Source of the DNA: the human T2T-CHM13v2.0 reference genome, Homo sapiens
Assembly: GCF_009914755.1 (NCBI RefSeq)
Contig: NC_060936.1
DNA length: 64,000 nt
Reading direction: 5' to 3' (one strand)
Of the stretch, positions 1 through 15,730 are shown piece by piece. Under the pieces are notes generated by a model, which searched no databases, had not been told where the DNA came from, and worked only from the letters and a program-made list of their open reading frames with translations. The stretch's first letter is position 1. Every line of letters begins with the position of its first letter. The position numbers and the translations under genes were made by a program.

Positions 1-19
1 TAATGGCTGAAAACACCAA

Positions 20-352
20 CCCCAAAATTCAAGAATTTCCACTTAATGGTGCAATAATTAAAACTTTCCCTTTGAGACTAGGTGTAAGATAAGACAATGA
101 TGCCTCTTGTCGTTACTTTTATCAACATTGAATTAAATTTTCTAGCCAATAAAAATTAGTAAAACTTAAAGAAAAGGGAAGAAATGTAGCTGTCATTATT
201 CTCAGGCAATACAATTAAGGAAATAGAAAATCCTGAAGAATCTATGGTTAAATTATTAAAATTAATAGGTAAGATTAGAATCGTTACTGAGTACAAAGTC
301 AAAATACAACAGTTCAATGCATTGCTACACACCAACAATAGTTAAAATAAAT
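20..352 (+). mobile_element. Old L1M ORF2 fragment (host element, left part)
   Basis: Degenerate L1 RT-region sequence that resumes at ~2416. Confidence 0.7.
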
Positions 353-2415
353 TACAACTCTTAGAACAGCTAGAACTAACAAATTCAGTAAATTTGCAGG
401 ATACAAAATCAACATATAAAAATTAGTAGCATTTCTGTACATCAATAATGAACTATTTGAAAAAGAAATCAAGAAAGCAATTACAATAATTATAGTAGAT
501 GAAAAAATTGCCTAGGAATAGTTTAACCAGGAGGAAAAAAAAAACCTCTACAGTGATAACTATAACATTGATGAAAGAAATTGGAGAGGATAGAAACAAA
601 TGGAAAGATATTCTATGTCCATGGATTGGAAGGATTAATGTTGTTAAAACGTCCATACTACCCAAAATGATGTACAGACTCAATGCAATCCCTATGCTAA
701 TGCTGACAATCTTCACAAAAACAGAAACCATCCCAAAACTTAAATGGAACCACGAAAGATCTTAAATAGTAAAAGCAACCTTAAGCAAAAGGAACAAAGC
801 TGGAAGTATCATGCTATTTGACTTCAAAATATACTGCAAAGCTGTAGTAACCAAGACAGCATAATACTGGTATGAAAACAGGCACATAGACCAAAGGAAC
901 AGAATAGCGAACACTTATATAAATCAACACATTTACAACCAACTCTTTTTCATCAAAGGTACCAAGAACATGTAATGGGGAAAGGACAGTCTCTTCAATA
1001 AATAATGCTGAAGAAATTGGATAACCATATGCAGAAGAATGAAACTAGACACCTATCTCTCACCATACACCAAAATCAAACTCAAAATGGATTAAAGACT
1101 TAAATGTGATAGCTAACCCTAGAAAACTACCAGAACAAAGCATAGGGGAAACATTTTATGACATTGGTTTAGATGAGAATTTTTAAAGTAACAACTCAAA
1201 AGCACAGGCAACAAAAATAAAAACAGATAGATGGGATTACACCTCACTAAAAAGCTGCACAGCAAAAGAAATAATCAACAGAGTGAAGAAACAACCTACA
1301 GAAAAGGGAAAGTATATGCAAGCCATGCATCTGACAACGGGTTAATTTCCAGAATATACATGGAACTCAAACAACTCAGTAGCAAAAAAAGCAAACAATC
1401 AAATTTAAAAATGGGCAAAGCATTTGAATAGACATTTCTCAAAAGAAGACACAGAAAAGGAAAAGCACATGAAAAAATGTTCAACAACATTAATTACCAG
1501 GGAAATGCAAATCAAAACCACAATGAGATAACAGCTCACTCTAACTAAAATAGCTAATATCAAAAGGACAAAAAATAACAAATGCTGGTATGGATGTGGA
1601 TAAAAGGAAACCATTATACATTGTTAGTGATTATGTAATTTGTTACAGCATTATGGAAAACAGTATGAAATTTCCTCAAAAACTTAAAAATAGAAATACC
1701 ATATGATCTGGCAATTCCACTCCTGGGTATTTTTCCAAAGGAAATAAATGTTATAATAAATGTTATAAGATAAATGTTATAAAATAAATGTTAAAGAGAC
1801 GTCTTCACTCCCATGTCTTTTTGCAGCACTATTCACAATAACCACAAAACAGAATCAACCTACGTGTCCATCGATGAAGAATGGGTAAAGAAAATGTGGT
1901 ATAGAAACACAAAAGAATACTGGACATCCATTTAAAACAGTGAAATCCTATCATTTGCAGCAGCATGGGTGAACCTGGAGGACATTATGTTAAGTGAAAT
2001 AAGCCAAGCACAGAAAGACAAACACCACATGATCTCACTCATTTCTCTAAAAAAGCTCATATCAAAGAAGCACAGAGTAGATTAGTGGTGACCAGAGGGC
2101 GGGGAGGGTGGGAGAGAGGGGGATGGAAAGAGGTTGGTCAATGGGTACAAAGTTACAGTTAGATAGGAATAATAAATCCCTGTGTTGTGTTGCACTGTAG
2201 GGTGGCTATAGCTAACAGTATTGTATTGTGTATTTCAAAGGAACTAAAAGAGAAGATTTTGAATGTTCTCACCACAAAAAAAAATAAATGTTTGAGGTTA
2301 TGACTATGCTAAATACCCTGATTTGATCACCACACAATGTATACATGTATTAAAACATCACACTGTACCCCATAAATATGTACAATTATGTGTCAATTAA
2401 AAATAAATAAAAATT
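353..2415 (+). mobile_element. 5'-truncated LINE-1 (L1MA-type): ORF2 3' part, 3' UTR and A-rich tail
   Basis: Decayed ORF2 peptides ([30 protein letters not shown]). L1MA-like 3' end ...gtaccccataaatatgtacaattatgtgtcaattaaaaataaataaaaa. Confidence 0.9.
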
Positions 2416-4175
2416 TAAGATTCCATTTAATTAACACTGTTTAACTTCAAAATAAAGTTGTAAATCTAACAAAATATCTAAAAAATCTCTCCACAGAAAT
2501 TAACATACAGGAGATCTATATAAATGAAAGGAGAAATCATGTTCATGGATTGAGAAACTCAATGTTATAAATTTATTAATGTTCCCCAAATTAATCTATA
2601 TAGTCAGTAAAATCCCAATCAAAATTTCATCAGGTTCTTTGCTGAAAATGACAGCTCATCCTACAATATATATGGCAATTCAAAAGACCAAGAAAAGCTA
2701 AGAAACTCAAAGAAGACAAGACTCTGCTAGATATCAAGACATTATAAAGCAATAGCAAGTAATGCAGGGTTGTGTTGGTAAACAGATATTGACCAATGAA
2801 ACAGAATAAAGAGCCCAGAAAGAGATCCATGCATTCATGGACAATAGTGGCACTGCAGAATAACAGGAGAAAAGATGATCTGTTCATCAAATAGTGTCGT
2901 GCCAATTAGATATCCATATGAAAAAAATGAAACCTTGTTCCTTTCACTATGCATAAAAACAAATTATAGGTGGGTTATAGATATAAGTATAAAAATCAAA
3001 TGATAAAGATTATTAGAAGGTAATATAAAACAATACATTTATTACCTCAAGATAAGGAAAAAATACTTGAATAGAAGACACAATAGGCACTATTCATAAA
3101 GAAAAAATTGATAAATTAGACTAAATTAAAATTAGTAACTTCTGCTCATCAAAAGGTATACTAATTAATAGAGCAAAAAAGTAAGCCAGCGTAGGAGATT
3201 TTTGTAAAACATATTTGACAAAGAGCATATTTCCAGAAATTATTATTTCTACAAATAATAAGAAAAAAACAAGAAGTCCAAGAGAATGGGCAAAATAGTT
3301 AAACAGAAATTATACTAGAGAAGATATGCAAATTATCGTAAACATAAGTTTCTCAACCATATTAATAATTGTGAAACTGCAATTTAAAGTCACAATAAGA
3401 TAACACAACATACCTACCAGAGTGAGAAAAATTTTAAAGATTGACAGTACAAAATGCTGTCAATAATGTGGATGTACGCATTGCTGGTAGAAATGTAAAT
3501 TGACATAGTATAACCACTTTGGAAAGCAGCCTAGCATTATCTAATAAAGCTGACAATATGTTACTATATGTTACTCTCTGAACTAGGAATTTCATTCTTA
3601 CACATAACGAATAGAAATGGATGCATATGTGCATCAAAAATTCGTACAATAAATCTGTGGTAACATTATTCCTGAGATCAAAAAATAAAAACAACTATAA
3701 ATTCTATCAACAGTAAAATGGGTAAATAATTTGAGGCATAGTCACAGAATGCAATATGCAATACTATTCAGCAATGAATATAGATGAACTACATATAACC
3801 ATATAGAACAGCGTAGATGAATCTCCCAAATGTAAGCTAAGCATAAGAAATATGTTTCCAAAAAATACATACTCAATGATTCCATTTATAGAAGTTTAAA
3901 AACAGGCACAACTAAACTACAAGGATCCATGTTTGGTGATAAAACTATAAAGAAAAACAAAGACATGATTATCATAAGAGCCTGTATAGCCATTATTTTT
4001 TAGAGGAAGGGAAGAGCCAGTGATCAGAGGGGTATAAAAGGCATCTATAATGATGCTAATACTCTATTTCTTGGGTAATGATTATACCTGTGTTTTCTTT
4101 GTGATAAATTATTGAGCTACATATATATTTTTTTTGTGCATGTCTTTGTGTGTGTTACATTTCTCAGTAAAGAAG
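2416..4175 (+). mobile_element. Old L1M ORF2 3' part and 3' UTR (host element, right part)
   Basis: Diverged L1 motifs: tcatgttcatggattg, aacagaataaagagcccagaa, accactttggaaagcag, gattccatttata. Confidence 0.8.
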
Positions 4176-4354
4176 CATTAATAATTCCAATTAAAACAAT
4201 TTAAATAATTAAGTTTTCTGCCCAAAAAAATCTTAATGCATAAGTAGTACCATCAACTCTAACTGGGAAGTGGGAAAATCTCAACAACCAGATTTGTCTG
4301 TCATGCTATGCAAAGATCCTTTCTATTCTTTAAAACCATGAAAATAGTGATTCA

Positions 4355-4675
<321 letters not shown>

Positions 4676-4739
4676 TATTTAATATATATTTTAACAAGTA
4701 AATCAAAAATACAAATAAATAAGAAATTAAGCACATTTA

Positions 4740-5180
<441 letters not shown>

Positions 5181-5597
5181 TCAGTATCTTCTCTACCACT
5201 TACAACTCCTAGCTGGGACACAACTGCAAATATTGGCTAACAATCCAGTACAGACTTACTTAGTCTCAGGCACTTTGAGGAGTGAAGAAATGGTCGAAAG
5301 TTAATCCTTCTCTGCCAAAAGCTTTTACAGCATATTTGTAGAGACAGGACAACTGCAGATGCAATAAGTTGTAAAACAGTGTAAGTCTCAGTTATTAATT
5401 TGGCCATTTGTTCATGCAACAAAGGAATACCGGTTTCCTGCCTGCCATGAATCAAGCATTTTTTTCGGAGGCAGTAAGAAACATAAATATGGACAAGAGC
5501 AAATCCTCACCTAATATTAGATCAGAAGGGCTCAGAGAAGAGAAACAGACAATAAGGCTTAAAGGAGATGGAGTGCTTCATCAAGAATGTAGGAACT

Positions 5598-5902
<305 letters not shown>

Positions 5903-6224
5903 AGAAAGTAGGAACTGAGCTAGGCCTTCACTGGTGATAGAATTTGGATAGAGTCAAGGCGAAAAAGGGAATGGATATGTTGTGTTCACATATTCAATTG
6001 CAATAAACCAAAAGTTCAAAGGGAAATTAGGAGAAATAAGGATGAATTTGTTTTTAAATTTAAAAGCCTTAGCAGAGAAGTCTAGAATTTAGGCAGTAGA
6101 GCAATGGGGGTGAATTGTGAGCTTTTTACACATGAGCGATGTCAAGGCATACCCATAATTACCTTTACTCTCCATTTCCTAGAGTTGACAAGTATTCATT
6201 GTGTATCTATTTTCAGTGGATGGG

Positions 6225-6440
6225 CATGGTGGTTAGGAGCAAGTATTCCGGAGCCAGGCCACCTGGGTTAGAACCCACCTCCACCCCTTACTAACTGTGA
6301 ACTGGGCACTTTCTTCTTGTGGAAAATGGAATAATAATAGTATTGCCTTATAGATAGTTTTTGAAAGCTAAATGAATTAATCCACATAATGCAATCAGAC
6401 CAATGCCCAACACAAAATGAATACTATATAATTCAGCTAT
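6225..6440 (+). mobile_element. MIR
   Basis: MIR core: ggttaggagc...ctgggtt...aaaatggaataataatag. Confidence 0.7.
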
Positions 6441-7165
6441 AGTAATAGTAATAATTAAGTGTTTCATATCCAACATTACCCTAAACACTATAGTAGATGC
6501 ATTTTTCTTAAAAATCCCTACCCTCAAAGACTTTATAATTTACTTACCATGTATGGGGGTTGGGGAAGCGGCTACTTAATTATATGCCGAAGAAAAAAAA
6601 CACTATGAGGAAATGTTCCAATATATTGCTAAAAGAAAAAGAATAAAAGGAAACTGTAATACAGAACAAAAAGTCTACTCCCAAATACTGTATCTGTGAA
6701 AATAGATGTGATTCCCAAAATTGTAGAAAATACAAGCAACTATCTCTGGGTAGTGGGATTATGAGTGATCTTAAGAAGCTTTATTGGATTATAAACTTGT
6801 ATGAGATGATGTAGGTATAATGGAATTCATGAGTTTGGGGATCAGACAGAAGTGGGTAGCTATACCTGCTACACCTTTTGTCTTGAAACCTTGAGAGTGT
6901 TTTTATTCCTTTTTTTTTAAACATTCTCTGCCTGTTTCTTCATTTATAAAATGAGAGAGTACCTAGCACACAGCACACAAGAGATGCTTTATACACTATG
7001 GTTATTTCTGGAGGGCACACTAATTCCCTCATAGCATTCATTCATAGCATCCATCCATCGCCAGTTACACACACCAAAAGCCCCCATCCATACCATTGGC
7101 TATGAACTTAACAAGTACTAAAATATGATCACATTGGTCTCAGATATTTTTTAATGCTCAGTCAT

Positions 7166-7200
7166 ATCGTTTCTCGGCCTTTTGGCTAAGATCAAGTGTA
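7166..7200 (+). pseudogene. 3'-truncated U2 snRNA retropseudogene (U2 nt 1-35)
   Basis: atcgtttctcggccttttggctaagatcaagtgta matches the U2 5' end ATCGCTTCTCGGCCTTTTGGCTAAGATCAAGTGTA at 34/35. Flanked by 13-bp direct repeats aatgctcagtcat (7153-7165) and aatgctccgtcgt (7201-7213). Confidence 0.93.
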
Positions 7201-8123
7201 AATGCTCCGTCGTGTTCAAGGTGGTAGAAAAGTGTGTTTTTCTTTATTTATTTGTCGAGAATTCATGTTAAATACCTGAATTTGATGTGCTTGGTGCTGG
7301 ATGAGAGACTTAGTAGATATCTTGCTTGTCACAAAGTATGAAATTAATATTCATTTTTCATGAATTAATTTACTCATTCATTTAACAACTATTCATGAAT
7401 TGTGTTCACTATGCTAAGCAATGAGTATGAAATGAGTTTATTCCCAACCCATTTCTTCTAGCCTCTTGCAGAAACTACATTTGGTTCCGCTTGTGGTTTC
7501 AAAAGGAGACCTAAAATTATATTTACCTTTGACTATAAATAGCTCTGGAATAAGCACAAGTCAAATAAATTCCCACTGATTAAATCCTAGCAGCTCCTCT
7601 GTGACATTTCAATCTTTTCATGCTGTTTTTGAGCTATTTGAGTTGAGGTATTTGGGGTTTGCTTATTTTAAAAGCCAAGATCAGACACTGTCTCATGTTT
7701 TGTCACACTCACAGGCAGCAATGGAAGTTAAAGAAAAGCTTTAATTTAATACAAAAGCCATATTTTAAAAATAGTCAATGCAGAACTCAAGTGAGATAAT
7801 ATAGTCTCTTTTTCTTCATAGCAGGTTTTCAGATAATATCTATTTCTGAAACCCATGCAAAAATAGAAAGATTTAAGAAATGTTACCTAACAAAAATTTT
7901 GTCACCCACTTATTCTTCGCAGAATTACAACAGCAAAAACTGTAAAACAATCGAAACAATAAGATATATTATGTAGGAAATGTAATAATAGAAGACTGGT
8001 CAAATAAACTATTTCATTTGCACAAGGCATAATGCTATACAGCCATTGAAAATATTACAGCTGAATATTTAAAGACATGGAAAGTTCTATAAGATAAATT
8101 GGTACATAAAAATCAGTTTTTAC

Positions 8124-8732
8124 GGGACATTTCAACCCCACCATTCCACCATTTTGACCCCATCATTTTTGTTTCTGAGGAAATTTTGACCCTGAGGATG
8201 TTTATAATATACTTTAATCAGAATTAGGCCAGCTCTTTTTTTCTTTAATTTATTGTAATACTATAATTTCATTCATCAATAAGGTTTTGTCTATTCAACT
8301 TTTATTATTTTCTATCCTTGCGAGTTTTCTTTTGTGGTTATTATTTCCACCACATTCAATACTACTGGGTAAGATTTTTCAGGTACAAGTGTTGTCAAGA
8401 TCTCATCCTTCAATTAATTTTTAATCTATAACAAATTTTATGATGTGCAATTTAAGACATTGTCAGTTTTATTCCATGGAGGTTATTTGTGCCAATAATG
8501 CTTGAAGCAAATATTATATTTATTTCTTAGTTAATGCATGTGAAAATCATAAACAATTTAATAGAGAGAAGGAACAGGGAAAAGGTCAAAGGAGGGAAAG
8601 AATGAATAGAAAAGAGGAAAAGGCAAGAGAGAATGAGGAAAAGAGAAGAGACGATGAAACGCACAAAGAAAGAGACAAGTGAACACATCTGAATAGTCAA
8701 AACAGGATCAAAATGGTGGGGTAGGAGAGTAC
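8124..8732. mobile_element. Ancient non-autonomous DNA transposon-like element with terminal inverted repeats
   Basis: ccaccattttgaccc (~8146-8160) is inverted relative to ggatcaaaatggtggggta (8705-8723). Family not identified. Confidence 0.45.
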
Positions 8733-9829
8733 TAAAATATAGCTTAATAATGCTATCTGTTCAAGCTTAATCAAGCTAATGCTTTCCTTTGACAAAATGA
8801 ATTCCTGAAAGACTCCTTTGGAACATTTTTGTATTTCTTACTTTCAGTCTCCCTATATACTGATCTTCATCAGAGAAAAAATGAATTTGCTGCAGCAATG
8901 AAAGACCTTTCTACATGACCATTGAATAATCGGTTAAATTACGTAACATTTCATATTCTTTACTCCACATGCTGACTAGTTAGCCTGAGGTTGTTCAACA
9001 TAACAGAGTATTTTTACATCAACCTGCCTGGGGTAAGCAGAGGTTCTGTAGGATATGCAACATCCTGTCTCTCAATGTAAAATACAGAAATTTCCATGAG
9101 ATCAAAGACAAAGCTAAGATCAAGATAATGAGTAAATCAAATGCTAGACGTTGGTCTGCAGGTAATGGTCAAGGGCATGGGGGTGAATGCAAGGGTAAGG
9201 AAGTAGAGCAGATGAGAACAGGGGTGGTATCCCCAATGGATGTGTTTACTTCTCTGAGCCACACTGTGAACCAGGCCAGGATCTAAATTGTTCTCCTTTT
9301 GTCCCCAGCCCGCATGTATGTAACTTTACTTCCCCAAATTGTTACTTAGACCAATAGTGTTCAAATATCTCAGCCCTTTTTTAAAAACGTGGATTCAAAA
9401 CCTTATGCAAAAGCCTACATTTTTAAATCAGAAAAAGCTGCTGTTCTATAGCTATACTGGGGAACAAATGAGCCAGATTAAGGAGGCAGGGAATCCCATA
9501 CACTTCCAGATTCCCTGTTCCTCCCCCCTCCAAACACCCCACAGTGACCTCAAAAGGAGCCCACAGAAGCCGCTTTGAACACCACTGGCTTAGATTTTAT
9601 GTGCTATATTCTAGAATCTCTGAAGATAAATTTTACAAGTAGCCTTGAAAGGATAAAGATGCCACTGCTTTTGCTTTTTGCTTTTTGTTTTTTTAACAGA
9701 GCCTCCAAAGTTCAACCAGCCCATTACTTTTTTAGGGTTTGTTTTATTGTTCATTTAATGAAGAGAAGCAGATGTTAAATAAATAAACAAGAAAAGAACT
9801 GGATAGAATATCTTTACATGCCCCTTACG

Positions 9830-10150
9830 TATGTAAAGATAATGTAATATGATAGCCAAAGTCCAGGTGACTACTTTAGATTGATTAGTCAGAGAAGGTA
9901 CTTCTAAGAAAGCGATATTTTATTTAAACTGAGACATGAATGACTAAAAAGGGGCCAGTGCTCTGAAGATGAGAGGGAAGAACATTTCAGGTAGCAGGAA
10001 TGGATACTGAAAAGGCCCCGAAGTGAAACCAAACTGGGCTTACTCGTAGAACAGAAAGTGAACCAGTATGGCGAAAGCATTCTGGTCAAAGGAGGAGAGT
10101 GAGGAGAAATGAGGCTGGAGTTGTGAACCTCACAGAGCAATGATAAATTA
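9830..10150 (-). mobile_element. L2 fragment
   Basis: Typical antisense L2 motifs (gtcagagaagg, gggaagaacatttcaggtag, aggctggag). Confidence 0.65.
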
Positions 10151-10575
10151 GACGTAGTGAGAGACGGATAAACAACGCATTATAGTACCTCCATGGGATA
10201 AATGTTTTAACAAATATCAAAAAGGACAGTTTTCTTCTGGAACACAGAGGCACCTAACCTACACCAGGAAAAGTGATGTTGACTTTGAGCCCTAAAGGAT
10301 AAGAGGAGATGGACAGACAAGGCAAAATTAAAAGGCACTGTAAGGAAATGTCTAGAATAACAGATAGTGAATTGCAGCTGGAGCCTAGAGTCTGAGGCAG
10401 GAGCGGCGAGAGACGCACCTGGATACATAAGCAAGTGCCAAATGAGAGTTACCAAGAACTCAGAACAACCAAAAGTTCATCTTTCAACTGAGTAGATCAA
10501 ACAACAAACACAATGGATACAGAAACAACATATAACTCAGATGTAAACAAACACTTTAGAAAAAGTGACCTTCAA

Positions 10576-10942
<367 letters not shown>

Positions 10943-11109
10943 CTAGTGTTCCAGACAGTGAGACCCTCTACCTCATTTATGTCTACTCCCGACCCCCAGA
11001 AAAAAAAAAGTTAAAAAAGTTATTCATTCTTCCCCAAGTTCAGTCACAAGATTCAGTCCTTGTCTGAAAATGTCTTACTTCGTGTTCGCTGTTACCAAGT
11101 GAATGTCAA

Positions 11110-11692
11110 TGAATCCCCACTCTAGTAGTCTGTTCTCCAAATATTTGGGTGCCCCTCCCTGAGGGGTCTCTCTCTGAGGGAGGAATATATTTCACTGCCT
11201 GTCAAATTCAAAAGTGGTTTGCTGTCTACATCCCATGTCATGCTTTTGGTTGTGGTTGGAGTAGTTAGTCATTAGCACTGAATTGTTTGGTCATTAAAAT
11301 TCAAAATGCTTCATTTCCACGGTTCTGGTGTGAAATCTGCGGGGGAGACTCCGGAGTAAGTTATGCCCCAGGTACTCACCTGAAAAAGGGTACATGGTGT
11401 GTCCTCAGCATCCCTGGCCCCATCCCTTCTGAAATGTAGACAGAAGAGATGTGTGTCACTTCCACACAGAAGCTTTTCGAGCCAGGAAGTGGTTCACCAT
11501 TTTTCCTTTCCTTCTGCCACAGTGACCAAGTGTTCCAGGGAGAGACTGCTCCAGCAGGATGACTGGAAGCAGAGCAACAGCCAATCGGCAAAGGATGTGG
11601 TGGAGAAGATCTGTCAGTCTCTAAGTCACTAAGATTTGGGAGCCACTTGTTGCTGTAGCATAAACTAAACTAGCCTGTCCTGACTAATATAT
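11110..11692 (+). mobile_element. MLT1 (ERVL-MaLR) LTR interrupted at 11221-11431
   Basis: MLT1 motifs cagaagagatgtgtgtcacttcc, aagtcactaagatttgg and 3' end ctagcctgtcctgactaata. Confidence 0.7.
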
Positions 11693-11959
11693 CCACAAAC
11701 ACAGAATTCCAGGACAGAAAGGATGGGGCCAGGGATGCTGCGGACACACCATGTACCTGGAACCCTTTTTCAGGTGAGTACCTGGGGCATACCTCACTCC
11801 GGAATCTCCCCCACAAATTTCACACCACAACCATGGAAATGAAGCCCACTGAATTTTACATTTTCATTCTTTCCTGCTCGTGACCAAACACTTCTGTACT
11901 AATGACTAACTACTCCAACCAAAAAAAAAAAAAAAAGTGTGACATGGGATGTAAGCAGC
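11221..11959. repeat. Long inverted repeat: arms 11221-11431 and 11715-11959, 283-bp spacer
   Basis: Manual reverse-complement alignment is collinear along the whole arm, with scattered substitutions and ~21-bp and 7-bp indels. Confidence 0.95.
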
Positions 11960-12628
11960 TTGTCTGTGCTCCGTTTTCACAGCCCACAGCTATAAATAAT
12001 ACCATTAGGAAAGCACACATTGCCTTAGATGGAAGGCACAAAGAAAAGCACTTTCTCTGATAGTTTAGCAACACATTCAGATTTCATGTTTCAAGGTAAA
12101 AATAGGCCTAACAAATGAATTAAATTTGGAAGCTGAGCTGAAGTGAAGAACACTGGCATTATAAAGCACGCCATAGGAGGAAAGAGAGACTTATAAGGCT
12201 CTGTATTCTCTCTGCTGGTGGGCAGGATAGAAGGGTGGAAAAAAAGATTTTCCTGAGAAACAAAAATAATCAGCAAGAGTCTGAAATTAAAAATATCATC
12301 CTTATTAAATTGGTAACCAAAAGAAACTCTGAAAATCATGTGAAGGATAAAACAAGTCTCAACACAAAGGTTTTTTTCTGCTGTGTACTTTCAACATCGG
12401 GGGGAGAAGATACAAGGACAATAGATGTCAAAGAAGGTTTGCAAATACATCATAAACTTCCAATTCAATAACTCATGTTTTGATTGGTTAGAATTTTTTT
12501 GTTTCAATAAAACCCATTCATTTCTATTATGAAGTTTTCAGTGCTATTTTTTCATGGTTCTAGTACCTAAGCAAAGGAAATGTGAGAAGATGCTATCTTT
12601 GCCAAAAGATTTTTTTTTTAACCATCAA

Positions 12629-13292
<664 letters not shown>

Positions 13293-14326
13293 CCTTTGTT
13301 TTTTTTCTTAATGCTATAGTCTAAGGAAAGGAATTTCTCTACCCTATACCATATGAGAACTTAAAAATATACTAAATTGTCTTCTTATATCAAAATATAT
13401 GCTATTTATGTCAAAATATAAATGTATTTAACACTGAATTGTCAGCTTCTTGAAAGTAAGAATCATTTTTTGCTCCTTTACATCCATCTCAGGACCTACG
13501 TAGTACAGTACTAATACCCAATAGGTGCTCCATACATATTTTTCAATCAAATAAAGTCACTTTCTCTATCAGCCCCACTTTGCTTTAAGTGGCCTACTAT
13601 CAATAAAGTGTACACCATGTTGATGGAAATTGGTGTAACTTTTATGCCAGGAAAAGATCAGTAGACAATAACAGCACATCCTAACTCTATGTCTAAATCT
13701 ATAGGCCTGAAATATTCCCTAAACTGCACCACTGGCATCATCAGCGAGTGAGAATAACTCAGTTTAATTACTTCACTGAACAGCTGAAAAACTGCCTGAA
13801 TATGCCAAAAGTCCCATGGCCATGGTGATTTGCCCAGATCTCAGTTGTCCAAGCCCAGCCCTTAAATACAGGTGATGCTTTTCCCAGCGATCCAAATGGT
13901 TTGGGCATGCAGCTGAGATAACTCACAGTCATAATCACGAGAAAGCAGAGGACTTCTGTGTTCATTGTAGACACAGGCCTGTAAAAACTTATTCCTGGAT
14001 CTCTGGGCAATTCTTCTGGCCACCTCCTCCAAGCATAGGAGATCTAAGTAACCTGTCATCCCATGCAGTCAACAATGGTTGTGCAAGTTCTCAATCACAA
14101 TGCAAGGTATTCTTGATTAATTTGTGAATAGTTTGCTTCTGCCGCTTCAAGACCAACTAGCATGTTGTAGCATGTTGGGACAAGGCACAGTTTTAATATC
14201 ATAAACTGAAATGTGAGTTGCAAGAAACCTTATGTTTTACATTTATTAAATTATTAGCAGAGATTTCCAGAAGACTGAAAACCCCAACTCCAGCAATGGT
14301 GTTTTCCAGTTTAACAACAGAACCTA

Positions 14327-14650
<324 letters not shown>

Positions 14651-14854
14651 TAATGCATACTAGGGCTAAAAGATCTTGTTTGTTTTTTCAAAATGAACAG
14701 ACCATGAACTATATCATTTTTGCCTGGGGTTTAGTAACTTCAAGATCATTTATGCAAAGACTTAAAGCAAAATTGGAAATTCCAGATTTATCTTTCATAC
14801 TGAACAGATTCAGCAAATACTAATAATGCTCACCGTGTGTCAAGTACTGGGTCA

Positions 14855-15239
<385 letters not shown>

Positions 15240-15499
15240 TTATCTTGCATTGCCTTCACAATCAGGATAGTACCTGTCCAACCCCAGAAAACATGCTCTC
15301 CAATTTTCAAGCTCAAAAAAATTTTTAAATAAAGACATAACTCAGAGTTAACCTCAATGAATGTGGTTGCTTAGGCATCTATAGTAATATCATTGACAAT
15401 CAGCCATTGTTGATAAGCCTATGCAAGGTCAAATTCTGCAGAGATCTTGAATCTGGAAGGAAGAGTAGAAAGCAAGTTGACTGCAGAATCTGGATGTGG

Positions 15500-15730
15500 A
15501 TTCATTCATCCATTTATTTTTTATAAATTTATTTATTCAACAGATATTTGGTGAGTCCCCGGTATGAGCATATCCCTTGCTAGGCATTGGAATACCATGG
15601 TGAATAAAATTATAAATCTTCCTCTATTTGCATTTATATTTTAGTGGGAGTGACATAATATAAACAGGCAGGCAAATTAAAAATATATAATTTCAGTAAG
15701 ACTAAGTGTTACGATTAGGTAATAGAAACC
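15500..15730 (-). mobile_element. L2 3' fragment
   Basis: ttcattcat...attcaacagatatttggtgag is the antisense of the L2 3' end. Confidence 0.6.

Noticed and set aside
499-1614. L1 ORF2-like peptides as a functional retrotransposon gene
   Set aside because: The element is 5'-truncated and broken by many stops and frameshifts.
13768-14100. Coding-like unique stretch, possible processed pseudogene
   Set aside because: No protein family recognised in any listed frame and no tail or TSD; tblastx would be needed.
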